64,000 nt of DNA from Promethearchaeia archaeon. GTDB lineage: Archaea; Asgardarchaeota; Lokiarchaeia; Sigyniarchaeales; SOKP01. Positions 9,048 to 17,863 of this stretch are shown one piece after another. Position numbers and translations under genes: made by a program. Location: contig JAHQWH010000002.1 of assembly GCA_029856105.1 (NCBI GenBank), forward strand, positions 1-64,000, written 5' to 3'. Numbering within the stretch: the stretch's first letter is position 1; each line of letters opens with the position of its first letter. The notes below the pieces were generated by a model. The model saw only the letters and a program-made list of their open reading frames with translations. It did no database searches and was not told the origin of the DNA.

Positions 9048-9683
9048 ATGTCAAAAGTAAAAATAGGTGCGATCGCCTCTGGTTCTGGGAGTAATTTCGA
9101 AGCTATAATTAAAGCATGCGAGGAAGGCATTTTAAAACATAAGGCGGGCGTAAAAGTACTTATTTGTAACAAAGCTGAAGCATTTTGCATGGAACGAGCG
9201 AAAAACCATAACATTCCGTATGAATTAATTGAATCTAATAAGTTTCTTCATCTCCCCAGAGAAGAATTCGATAAAAAGATGATAGATGCACTAAAAAAAT
9301 ACGATTGTGAATTAGTTGTTTTAGTCGGTTATATGAGATTAGTAAGTCAAAGTTTTATTGATGCTTTCAATGGGAATGTTATGAACATACATCCTGCCCT
9401 TTTGCCTTCTTTCAAAGGTATGCACGCTCACAAAGATGTTTTAGAATATGGCGTAAAGGTTTCTGGTACTACAGTTCATTTTGTGGATCCCCAATCGGAT
9501 CATGGACCTATCATCCTCCAAAAATGCGTTCCTGTGTACGATACCGACACAGAAAAAACTTTAGGACCAAGAGTTTTAGAATGGGAACACAAAATCTTTC
9601 CTAAAGCGATAGAATTATATTGCGATAAACGGTTGCATGTCGATGGAAGAATTGTAAGAATCGATGGTGATGTTGTCTTATAA
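9048..9683 (+). CDS. purN: Phosphoribosylglycinamide formyltransferase
   Basis: ASGSGSNFEAI, GYMRL, NIHPALLPSFKG, GTTVHFV...DHGPII. Confidence 0.97.
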   Translation: MSKVKIGAIASGSGSNFEAIIKACEEGILKHKAGVKVLICNKAEAFCMERAKNHNIPYELIESNKFLHLPREEFDKKMIDALKKYDCELVVLVGYMRLVSQSFIDAFNGNVMNIHPALLPSFKGMHAHKDVLEYGVKVSGTTVHFVDPQSDHGPIILQKCVPVYDTDTEKTLGPRVLEWEHKIFPKAIELYCDKRLHVDGRIVRIDGDVVL

Positions 9684-9701
9684 TTGTAATTACTTAAATA
9701 T

Positions 9702-9804
9702 GCGGGAAATGATTTCGTTGAAAACTCTGACCCAACTGAAAGTTTTGGTATTTTCCATAACTTAATGAAGAAGATCTTGAGTAATGAGATTATTCATTTC
9801 CCGC
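9702..9804 (+). ncRNA. Putative structured RNA between purN and the EF-2 paralog
   Basis: 11-bp terminal stem GCGGGAAATGA/TCATTTCCCGC, inner helix TTTCGTTG/TAATGAGA with G-U pairs, hairpins AAAACT/AGTTTT and ACTTAA/TTGAGT, followed by CCTTTT. Confidence 0.5.
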
Positions 9805-9896
9805 TCCTTTTACATTTAAATAAACCTAAAATTTTAATCAAATCAATCATGGATTAATAATATATTATTAAAAATTAACAAGAGAACAAAGTAAGG

Positions 9897-12086
9897 ATGC
9901 CTCGTCGGAAGGAGATTTCTGAGATTCTAAATATGATGGAAAAAACTCAAAATATTAGAAATATTGGGTTTGTGGGCCATATAGACCATGGTAAAACAAC
10001 GCTAAGCGATTCTTTATTGAGTGAAGCGGGTTTACTTTCACCTGATCTAGCAGGGGAAGCACGTGCCTTAGATTATTTAGAAGAAGAACAAAGACGTGGA
10101 ATCACCATGAAATCTACTAATATTTCATTATACTATGAAAAATCTCTTAAAGACCACGACCCCTTTCTAATAAATCTTGTTGATACACCCGGCCACTTAG
10201 ATTTTAGCGGTAAAGTAACTCGTGCTTTAAGGTTAATAGATGGAGTCGTTGTAGTTGTCGATGCTGTTGAGGAAATAATAACTCAATCTGAAACGGTTAT
10301 TAAACAAGCCCTACAGGAAGGTGTGAAACCTGTACTTTATATTAATAAAGTAGATCGCCTCATTCGAGAGTTAAAGCTAACAGATGAACAAATAAGAAAA
10401 AAATATACAAGAATTATTAAAGATTTTAATACTCTTATTAAAAGATACGCAGATAAACCCTTCAAAAAAGAGTGGCAAGTATCTCCTGCCGATGGGAACG
10501 TTGCATTCGGCTCAGCGCTCCACAAATGGGGTTTTACATTAAACATTTTAGAAAATAACGAGTTAAAGTTTTTGGATATTAGATCGCGGTATCAAAAAGA
10601 AACATACACTAAAGAAACATACGCTGATTTAGCTGTTTATTTTCCAATACACAACGCAATACTAGAAATGGTTGTCGATCACCTCCCTAATCCGATTGAA
10701 GCTCAGAAATACAGAATAGGCAAGATTTGGGGTGGAGATTTGACATCTGAAGTTGGAAAAGCTATGACTAATTGCGATCCAAATGGACCTTTAATAATAT
10801 GTTTGAGTAAAGTGCAAGCAGATAAGCACAATTTGGTCGCAACTGGAAGAATATTTTCTGGAAATTGTTTCAATAAAGAGGAAGTATTTTTATTAAAAGA
10901 AAATGCTTTCGAGACAATTCGAAAAACCGCAATTTTCATGGGTCAAAGAAGAGAACAAGTTGAAGAAATACCTGTTGGAAACATTGTTGCTATAGAAGGT
11001 TTAAAACAAGTAAAAAGTGGCGAGACTTTAATTAATAAGAATTATATTGATAAAATGGTTCCATTTGAAAATGTAAAATATGTTTCTACTCCCGTCGTAA
11101 CAGTATCAATCGAACCAGAATATTTAAGAGATTTAGATAAAATGAAAGAGCTCATCGAAAACATACTAATCGAAGATCCTAATTTGTTATTTGAAATAAA
11201 TGAGGAAAACGGCGAATTCCTCCTCTCAGGTATGGGACCTTTACATCTTGAAATTACCGCAAATGAAATTGAAAAACGAGGTGTTGAGATTTCAACATCA
11301 GAACCAAGAGCGGTCTTTAAAGAATCTTGCAAATACGGTTCTTCTACTATCTCTGTAGAATCACCAAACCACCAAAGTTCGCTAAAAATTAGATTAGAAC
11401 TATTAAATGATAAAACAAGCAGGTTTTTCCAGACTCATGATTTTAAGTCTATAAAACCAGTAGCAAGATTGAAAGAATTGTTAGAAGAATTTACAGATTT
11501 AACAACGGAAGAAATCCAAGACTTTTGGACATATTACGATACTAATAATGTTTTAATTTATAATTTAAAAGATGATTTAAACCAATTCTTGAAAGATACA
11601 ATTTTAGAAATTGTTGATAAAATTCAATTAAATGGTCCACTATGTGGCGAAAAATTAACAAATCTAAAAGTTATAATTGAAGAACTCGTCGTAAATAAGC
11701 TTGACGAAGAAGATGCATTTACAGAATTATCCGCAATGTTTTACGATGCCATTAAAAAGGCTTTAAACGAATCTGAACTCATCCTACTTGAACCAATTTA
11801 CCATACAATTATTCAATTGCCCCCAGATTACATAAAAAATTCACTTTCTTTGCTTTCTAAGTATTCTGCAAAAATAAAAAATATCAACCAAGAAAAAGAT
11901 TATCAAGCAATCATAGAACTACTCTTACCAGTAAGAAATTCTATTAAATTCGCTGAGGATATTCGATCTATAACGTCTGGAAAAGCGTTCTGGCAAAATG
12001 AATTTTACGCCTTCATGGAAGTCCCTAATCATGAAGCCAAAAGATTAATTAGTGATTTAAGATTTATTAAAGGGCTTTCTTGGTAG
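9897..12086 (+). CDS. Elongation factor 2 paralog (aEF-2p type, lacks diphthamide His loop)
   Basis: GHIDHGKT, RGIT, DTPGH, NKVD G-motifs; domain IV has KLDEEDAFTELS in place of H...HRG.Q. Confidence 0.9.
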   Translation: MPRRKEISEILNMMEKTQNIRNIGFVGHIDHGKTTLSDSLLSEAGLLSPDLAGEARALDYLEEEQRRGITMKSTNISLYYEKSLKDHDPFLINLVDTPGHLDFSGKVTRALRLIDGVVVVVDAVEEIITQSETVIKQALQEGVKPVLYINKVDRLIRELKLTDEQIRKKYTRIIKDFNTLIKRYADKPFKKEWQVSPADGNVAFGSALHKWGFTLNILENNELKFLDIRSRYQKETYTKETYADLAVYFPIHNAILEMVVDHLPNPIEAQKYRIGKIWGGDLTSEVGKAMTNCDPNGPLIICLSKVQADKHNLVATGRIFSGNCFNKEEVFLLKENAFETIRKTAIFMGQRREQVEEIPVGNIVAIEGLKQVKSGETLINKNYIDKMVPFENVKYVSTPVVTVSIEPEYLRDLDKMKELIENILIEDPNLLFEINEENGEFLLSGMGPLHLEITANEIEKRGVEISTSEPRAVFKESCKYGSSTISVESPNHQSSLKIRLELLNDKTSRFFQTHDFKSIKPVARLKELLEEFTDLTTEEIQDFWTYYDTNNVLIYNLKDDLNQFLKDTILEIVDKIQLNGPLCGEKLTNLKVIIEELVVNKLDEEDAFTELSAMFYDAIKKALNESELILLEPIYHTIIQLPPDYIKNSLSLLSKYSAKIKNINQEKDYQAIIELLLPVRNSIKFAEDIRSITSGKAFWQNEFYAFMEVPNHEAKRLISDLRFIKGLSW

Positions 12087-12100
12087 AGATAAAGATTAAA

Positions 12101-12171
12101 TGCGCCTGCCGGGAATTGAACCCGGGACGCTGACTTGGGAAGCCAGCATATTACCACTATACTACAAGCGC
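12101..12171 (-). tRNA. tRNA-Gly(CCC)
   Basis: GCGCTTG...CTGGC-TTCCCAA-GTCAG...CCGGGTTCAATTCCCGG-CAGGCGC-A cloverleaf; no intron; CCA not encoded. Confidence 0.96.
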
Positions 12172-12272
12172 AAAAATATAGAAAATTAATAATATAAATG
12201 AGATTTTATAAATAAATTTTTTTACAAGTTGTGGTTTATTAATAATTAAATTTCAAATTAGGTAGTAGTACC

Positions 12273-12947
12273 ATGAATATTGAGAATTTAACTTTTCAAA
12301 AAAAAATTGCGATTAACAACAACGATTCGCTACTCATAATTGATATGCAGTATGATTTTATGCCAGGGGGTGCTTTACCTGTCGAAGAAGGCGATCAGAT
12401 TATAGATGACATTAATTTAGTCGCTGAAATTTTTAAGAGTAGCAATGGGATAGTTGTATTAACACAAGATTGGCATCCAAAAAATCATAAGTCATTTGCA
12501 AGCAGCTATCCGGGTAAAAATCCTGGAGATGAGTTTCAATCAGAAGGAATTGGTCCAATTATTTGGCCAGATCATTGCGTTCAAAATACTTATGGATCAA
12601 AATTTCATGAGGATTTGAAAAAAGAATATGCTCATGCTATAATTCGAAAGGGTTATCATCCTAAAATTGATAGTTATTCGGGTTTTATTGAGAACGATAA
12701 GAAATCTGAAACAGGATTAGCAGGATTTCTTAATTCCCTTAAAATCAAAAGAATCTTTATTTGTGGATTAGCGTTAGACTATTGTTGCTATTTTACTGCG
12801 ATTGATGGTATCGATTTTGGTTTTGAGGTTTATTTTTTAGTAAATTTAACCAAAGGTATAGATTTACCTCCAGGAAACATCTCTAACTCTTTAGAGGATA
12901 TGAAAAATAAAGGAATTAAATTTACTATTAAGGACAATTTTGTATGA
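12273..12947 (+). CDS. pncA: Nicotinamidase/pyrazinamidase
   Basis: IDMQYDFMPGGAL, TQDWHP, WPDHCVQ, IRKG...DSYS, GLALDYCC. Confidence 0.95.
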   Translation: MNIENLTFQKKIAINNNDSLLIIDMQYDFMPGGALPVEEGDQIIDDINLVAEIFKSSNGIVVLTQDWHPKNHKSFASSYPGKNPGDEFQSEGIGPIIWPDHCVQNTYGSKFHEDLKKEYAHAIIRKGYHPKIDSYSGFIENDKKSETGLAGFLNSLKIKRIFICGLALDYCCYFTAIDGIDFGFEVYFLVNLTKGIDLPPGNISNSLEDMKNKGIKFTIKDNFV

Positions 12948-13064
12948 GGTGTGAAATTGGGATGTCTTCTTTAAATTACTTTAGCTTTTTAAAAGTTTTA
13001 AAATTCCCTATCATTCTAAAAATTAATAATTAAAACAAGGTAATTTATTATATCTAAAAAGTAC

Positions 13065-13541
13065 ATGTCAAATCAATTTCCATATACCAAAATATTAGTA
13101 GCTTGTAGTGTTAACGTTGCAAGAAGTCCCATGACTCAAGGTTTTCTCAAAGACTTTTTTATATGTAACAATATGAATGTTGAAGTCTATTCTGGTGGAA
13201 TTTCTTCAAATGCTCGAGATGGAATGCTTATTTCTCTTGACGCGAAATTAGTGATGAAAGAAATTGGTATAGATTTACCGGAAGATTCCCTCTCAATTGA
13301 TTTAAAGAAACGCCCTGAATTAATAGAAAAAGCAAATCTTATTCTCACTCTGACTGATAAACATAAAAAAGAAATTATTGAGTTTATTAATTTAAATAAT
13401 AAAAAGATTTACACATTAAGAGAATTTGCTGGTGAAAATGGTGATATTGAAGATCCTTCGATGAAAGGAGTTGAAGGATTTCGTAAAGCTCGAGACGAGA
13501 TTAAAAGATGCTTAGATAAAGGTTTAAAAATAAATATGTGA
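13065..13541 (+). CDS. Low-molecular-weight phosphotyrosine phosphatase / ArsC-like protein
   Basis: P-loop CSVNVARS (CX5R), IEDP general-acid motif. Confidence 0.85.
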   Translation: MSNQFPYTKILVACSVNVARSPMTQGFLKDFFICNNMNVEVYSGGISSNARDGMLISLDAKLVMKEIGIDLPEDSLSIDLKKRPELIEKANLILTLTDKHKKEIIEFINLNNKKIYTLREFAGENGDIEDPSMKGVEGFRKARDEIKRCLDKGLKINM

Positions 13542-14392
13542 GAATCATGATTGAATATATAATTATTGCGATTTTACAAGGCTTGTTTGAGTGGTTGCCC
13601 ATATCTTCTTCAGGACAGGTTATGATTGTTGCAGTTAATTTTTTTGGTATCCCTCCAGAAGAAGCATATAGTCTTTCAATTTGGTTACATCTTGGAACGA
13701 TGTTCGCAGTTCTATTAAAATTCAAGAAGGATTATATTAGAATTGTAAAGAGTTTTTTACCTATGAAATTTAATGTAATAGAAACTGATATAAAGAAGAG
13801 AAATTGGCTAATAGTGGGAACAATTGGAACGGCTATTACTGCCTTACCACTATACTTTATCTTTAAATTTATAATTGTTGGAGAATTTACGGCAATTCAC
13901 GGAGATTTGCTCACGCTTATTATTGCTGGTATGCTTATCATAACTGGAATAATTCTATTATTAATAAAAAAGAAATTTGGAGTAAAAACAATCGAAAGCG
14001 TTGAAAAACAAAATGTAATAAAAGATAGTTTTATTATTGGATTAATTCAGGGTGTTGCAGTATTACCTGGAATTTCTCGATCTGCCATCACAGTATCTAC
14101 AACCCTTATTGAAAATTATGAACAAGATAGTGCATTAAGATTAAGTTTTTTAATGTCCGTTCCCGTTGTAATCGCTTCAATCGCAGTTGATATTATCTTC
14201 GGAGAGGGCTCAGTGTTTAGAATTTTAGATCCGATTACTATTATCATAATTACATTATCTAGTTTTATTGTAGGATATGCGTCTATCGAAATCCTGTTAA
14301 AAATAGCTAAAAGGATTCAGTTCGGATATTTCTGCTTACTTTACGGAATAATAGCATATGCTATCATCCTACCCTTTTTCATTATCCATTAA
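13538..14392 (+). CDS. uppP: Undecaprenyl/polyprenyl-diphosphate phosphatase (BacA/UppP family)
   Basis: QGLFEWLPISSSG, LHLGT, PGISRS, SFLMSVP; start may be the ATG at 13548. Confidence 0.93.
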   Translation: MRIMIEYIIIAILQGLFEWLPISSSGQVMIVAVNFFGIPPEEAYSLSIWLHLGTMFAVLLKFKKDYIRIVKSFLPMKFNVIETDIKKRNWLIVGTIGTAITALPLYFIFKFIIVGEFTAIHGDLLTLIIAGMLIITGIILLLIKKKFGVKTIESVEKQNVIKDSFIIGLIQGVAVLPGISRSAITVSTTLIENYEQDSALRLSFLMSVPVVIASIAVDIIFGEGSVFRILDPITIIIITLSSFIVGYASIEILLKIAKRIQFGYFCLLYGIIAYAIILPFFIIH

Positions 14393-15280
14393 ATCATTGA
14401 TATAATTAATGATAAAATCTGCCAGAATTCTCTCAATACCTTTAATTCCTCTAAATCCCGGAAAATCGTTAAGATCTATGAAATAATACTTATTGCTATT
14501 GATAGGCTGAACCAAGTCGAACCCAAATATTTTTAAATTCATTTCTTTTGAAAGTGTTTGGGCTAGATTATGAATTTCTTTAGTTATTTTAAATTCTTTT
14601 CTTTCGATTATGTCAACATCGATATTATCGGGCTTATTTTTCAAATATATATAAATCGGATTTTCTCTTATAATTCCAAACGTTTTGTCTCCTATTACGT
14701 AAATCTTTCTTTCAAAACCATCACACTCAATAAATTTTTGAATGTAGATGTCGTAGTATAATAAATGCTTATACCTTTCGCAAAATATATCTACTTCTTC
14801 TATTTTTCGAACTAAGAAATTGAATCTATTGTATTTATCATGCTGATAATGACTTTTAAGCACAATAGGTAATTTTGGAGTTGCCCATTTCTTAAATTTT
14901 TTAATATCTGCAATATTATTATTCCAAGAGCTTGGTAGAACGAAATTCTTCCTAATTTGAGGGTTATTTTTAAAAACTCTTCTTAAAGCATAATCAAGAG
15001 CGATCTTGTTTTTACAAGTTAAAACAGCATCAACACTATGGAAAGTTGGAATTTTATTAATCTTAGCATAATGAAGTAGATCGATTGAACAATCGTTCCT
15101 TACTTTAACAATAATTAAATCTGCTTCTTTAATCGCTTTAGGCATTCTAGAAAGGTTAAAAAAGTTTTTTGTGGGATCATGACAGTATAAATTGACATCT
15201 GAAACAGTTTTAAGCTTATTTATAACTCTTTTAATAATCTCATGATCTTCCCTAAAAGAAAAAACTACATTTTTAACCAT
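14369..15280 (-). CDS. ATP-grasp enzyme, ITPK1 (inositol phosphate kinase)-like
   Basis: YIQKFIECDGFERKIYVIGD ... IFGFDLV ... YFIDLNDFPGF matches the ITPK1 pattern QxFIxHxG..KVYVxG / LFGxD / IDINxFPG. Confidence 0.7.
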   Translation of the reverse strand: MVKNVVFSFREDHEIIKRVINKLKTVSDVNLYCHDPTKNFFNLSRMPKAIKEADLIIVKVRNDCSIDLLHYAKINKIPTFHSVDAVLTCKNKIALDYALRRVFKNNPQIRKNFVLPSSWNNNIADIKKFKKWATPKLPIVLKSHYQHDKYNRFNFLVRKIEEVDIFCERYKHLLYYDIYIQKFIECDGFERKIYVIGDKTFGIIRENPIYIYLKNKPDNIDVDIIERKEFKITKEIHNLAQTLSKEMNLKIFGFDLVQPINSNKYYFIDLNDFPGFRGIKGIERILADFIINYINDLMDNEKG

Positions 15281-15430
15281 AATTAAGGAAAAGAAAGTGA
15301 GATATATTCTTAAATTTTCCTTCTTAGGTATTTTTTGGAATTTAGAAAAATTTCATATTGCTATACTTCAGCCATTATACTTTTAAATGATGAATACAAA
15401 ATCTAATTAATATTTTTAGGAGATATTAAG

Positions 15431-16747
15431 ATGAAAGAAAAGGCTTTTTCAAAATTTTTACGAAATCAAGTATTGATAATTGGAGCGCTTTTTGCCGGTG
15501 ATCAAATATTTGGTTTCTTTGAACAGAATTATCTGAACACATATTTAGACCAAGTTTTGGGATTGACTCCATTATTCATTTCACTAATGGTAAGCTTATC
15601 TGCAGTAATGGGGCTAATTATGAATATTACATGGGGAATAATTAGCGATAATACACGAAGCAAATACGGCAGAAGACGTCCATTTTTACTATTTGGGATT
15701 ATAGCGGGAATTTCGATGATTATATTTGCATTTTCAATTGATATTGCTGGAGGAAACATCATGACGGCCTATATAATTTGCATTATTCTAGATGTAGTAA
15801 TAATTGGTATTTCTTCTAATGCTTATTATGTTTGTGAAAGATCATTAATTCCTGACACTGTCGATTTAGAAAAAAGGGGAAGAGCAAATGGGATAATAAA
15901 TAATATTGGTTACATTGGATTATTAATAGCAATCGCTGCATTTTTGGTATCAGATCTAATTTTTGGTCAAGAGACTCCTGAAGGAACAGTTATTGGCCAA
16001 ATGGGACACATTTTTGCACTCAGCATTGGAGGATTGAGTTTCTTAATTACAGGATTAATAGGTTTCTTCTTTATAAAAGAAAAACCTATCTCAGAATTAC
16101 CACCTAAGAAAAAATTTTTAGTAGAGTTAAAAGAAATAATAAATATTGAGCAATTTAAAGCTAATAAAGATTTTTTCAAAATTGTGTTAGCATTAACAAT
16201 ATTTAGAACTGGTATCTCCACAGTAATGCCCTTTTTATTTATTTGGATATTCGCTTTAGGATTATCTACTGTTGAATTGCTTGTTGCTGTTTTAGTGGGA
16301 TTTGTAATTTTATTTCTAATAACATCGTTGCTAGGGTATTTAGCAGATAAACATGGTAGAAGGAAATTTATACCCATTTCAATTGTAATAGTATCAATTG
16401 GTATTATTTTTGCTCCATTAGTGAAGATAGGGAACACAACAAATTATCCTTTGGTAGTATTTATTCTACCATTCATGCTTGTAGCAGTTTTAGGTTTGGC
16501 TACGCCGATGAATGCTTGGAGTCAGGATTTAATACCTGAAGACAAGAGGGGTAAATATTTTGGGTTTTTAAATATAATATTTACTATTTCTCAAATAATA
16601 GGATCTATTATTGGCGGATTGGTAGCAACTTATTTTTTAATTGGTGGATTAGTACCTGAATCCTTTGTTTTTGTGTTCGCACCAATTTTCTTTCTTGGAT
16701 CAATTCCCCTATTTCTAAGAGTAAAAGAAACTTTAGTAAGAGAATAA
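15431..16747 (+). CDS. MFS transporter (GPH/sugar-cation symporter-like)
   Basis: 12 TM; GIISDNTRSKYGRRRPF and GYLADKHGRR motif A repeats. Confidence 0.9.
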   Translation: MKEKAFSKFLRNQVLIIGALFAGDQIFGFFEQNYLNTYLDQVLGLTPLFISLMVSLSAVMGLIMNITWGIISDNTRSKYGRRRPFLLFGIIAGISMIIFAFSIDIAGGNIMTAYIICIILDVVIIGISSNAYYVCERSLIPDTVDLEKRGRANGIINNIGYIGLLIAIAAFLVSDLIFGQETPEGTVIGQMGHIFALSIGGLSFLITGLIGFFFIKEKPISELPPKKKFLVELKEIINIEQFKANKDFFKIVLALTIFRTGISTVMPFLFIWIFALGLSTVELLVAVLVGFVILFLITSLLGYLADKHGRRKFIPISIVIVSIGIIFAPLVKIGNTTNYPLVVFILPFMLVAVLGLATPMNAWSQDLIPEDKRGKYFGFLNIIFTISQIIGSIIGGLVATYFLIGGLVPESFVFVFAPIFFLGSIPLFLRVKETLVRE

Positions 16748-16763
16748 ATAACTTAAGTTTTAC

Positions 16764-16781
16764 TTTTTTTTTTAATTTTTT
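16764..16781 (+). terminator. Oligo-T tract, probable archaeal terminator
   Basis: T10-AA-T6 just after the MFS stop, between convergent genes. Confidence 0.45.
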
Positions 16782-16804
16782 GACTTTGAAATTTATAAGA
16801 GATA

Positions 16805-17818
16805 CTATCTTCTTTGAGGTTCAACAATAATTTTTATCCACTTTTCACGATCGTAATACTCGAACGCATCTACAGCTTCTTCTAGTGTTATTCTTTTAGT
16901 AACTAATTTATCTAAATCTAAGGATTTAGTCGCAATTAAATCTAAAGCTTCCTTCCAATAATCCTTATCTGATTTTGAATTTACCATCGCTTCGGGATAG
17001 ACTAATTCTACGCCTTTTTTTCTACAGCTTACATATGGAATATATTGCATTTTTTGAGCTCCAAATACAATAACTCGAAAACCAGGTTTCACTAAGTCTA
17101 TAGCATCAAGAAGAATGTCGTTATATCCAACCATTTCAAATACAGCGTCGGCTTCACCAAAATCCTTTTTAATCCCATCAACGACGGTTTCCTTTCCATG
17201 AGTAGATCTCGAATATTCGCTTGGACTAAAAACTTTTGCCCCCCAATGCTTCGCTAACTCTCTTCTATGGTGATAAGGTTCTGAAGTTGCAACTTCAATT
17301 CCATTTTTTAATAATATTTGAGTAAGAATTAACCCAATAGGGCCCAAACCTAATACAATCGCTTTTTTCTCACCTTCGATTCTTTCGAATTCTGCCCTCT
17401 CGTAACAATTGATCGCACAACCAACAGCATCTGCAAAAGAAATTTCATCCATTGAAAGATCATTTCTAACGATTGGAAGTGCTCCATAAACCTCATCCTT
17501 GCCATGTCCAATGACATTTACATGAGTAGAATACTCTGCATATCCTTGCCCCATACGGGCTAAATGATCACCAATAAAAATTCCTTCAATATCTTTTCCA
17601 ACCTCAACAGCGATGGCGCCAGTTTCATGCCCGTGTCCACCAGGCTCATGAGCTGTAATCCAATGACCTCCTTCAAATATCCCAACATCGCTGCCACAGA
17701 TTCCAACAGTAATTATTTGTGCTAAAATTTCCTTATGTCCAGGTTTAGGTATTTCAATGTCTATTAATTTAACAACCCATGGTTCCGGAAATAATAAAGC
17801 ACGCATCTTATTCTCCAT
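16805..17818 (-). CDS. Zn-dependent MDR dehydrogenase (sugar alcohol/cyclitol dehydrogenase-like)
   Basis: GICGSD, GHE, GLGPIG; lacks the four-Cys structural Zn loop. Confidence 0.85.
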   Translation of the reverse strand: MENKMRALLFPEPWVVKLIDIEIPKPGHKEILAQIITVGICGSDVGIFEGGHWITAHEPGGHGHETGAIAVEVGKDIEGIFIGDHLARMGQGYAEYSTHVNVIGHGKDEVYGALPIVRNDLSMDEISFADAVGCAINCYERAEFERIEGEKKAIVLGLGPIGLILTQILLKNGIEVATSEPYHHRRELAKHWGAKVFSPSEYSRSTHGKETVVDGIKKDFGEADAVFEMVGYNDILLDAIDLVKPGFRVIVFGAQKMQYIPYVSCRKKGVELVYPEAMVNSKSDKDYWKEALDLIATKSLDLDKLVTKRITLEEAVDAFEYYDREKWIKIIVEPQRR

Positions 17819-17863
17819 TTTAATTTCACGATTATTTTTTAATATTAGTTTAGATCTTTATAT

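Noticed and set aside
9702-9804. SECIS element (AUGA...GA) in the purN 3' region
   Set aside because: The non-Watson-Crick quartet and upper helix do not line up, and the adjacent genes show no in-frame TGA needing selenocysteine
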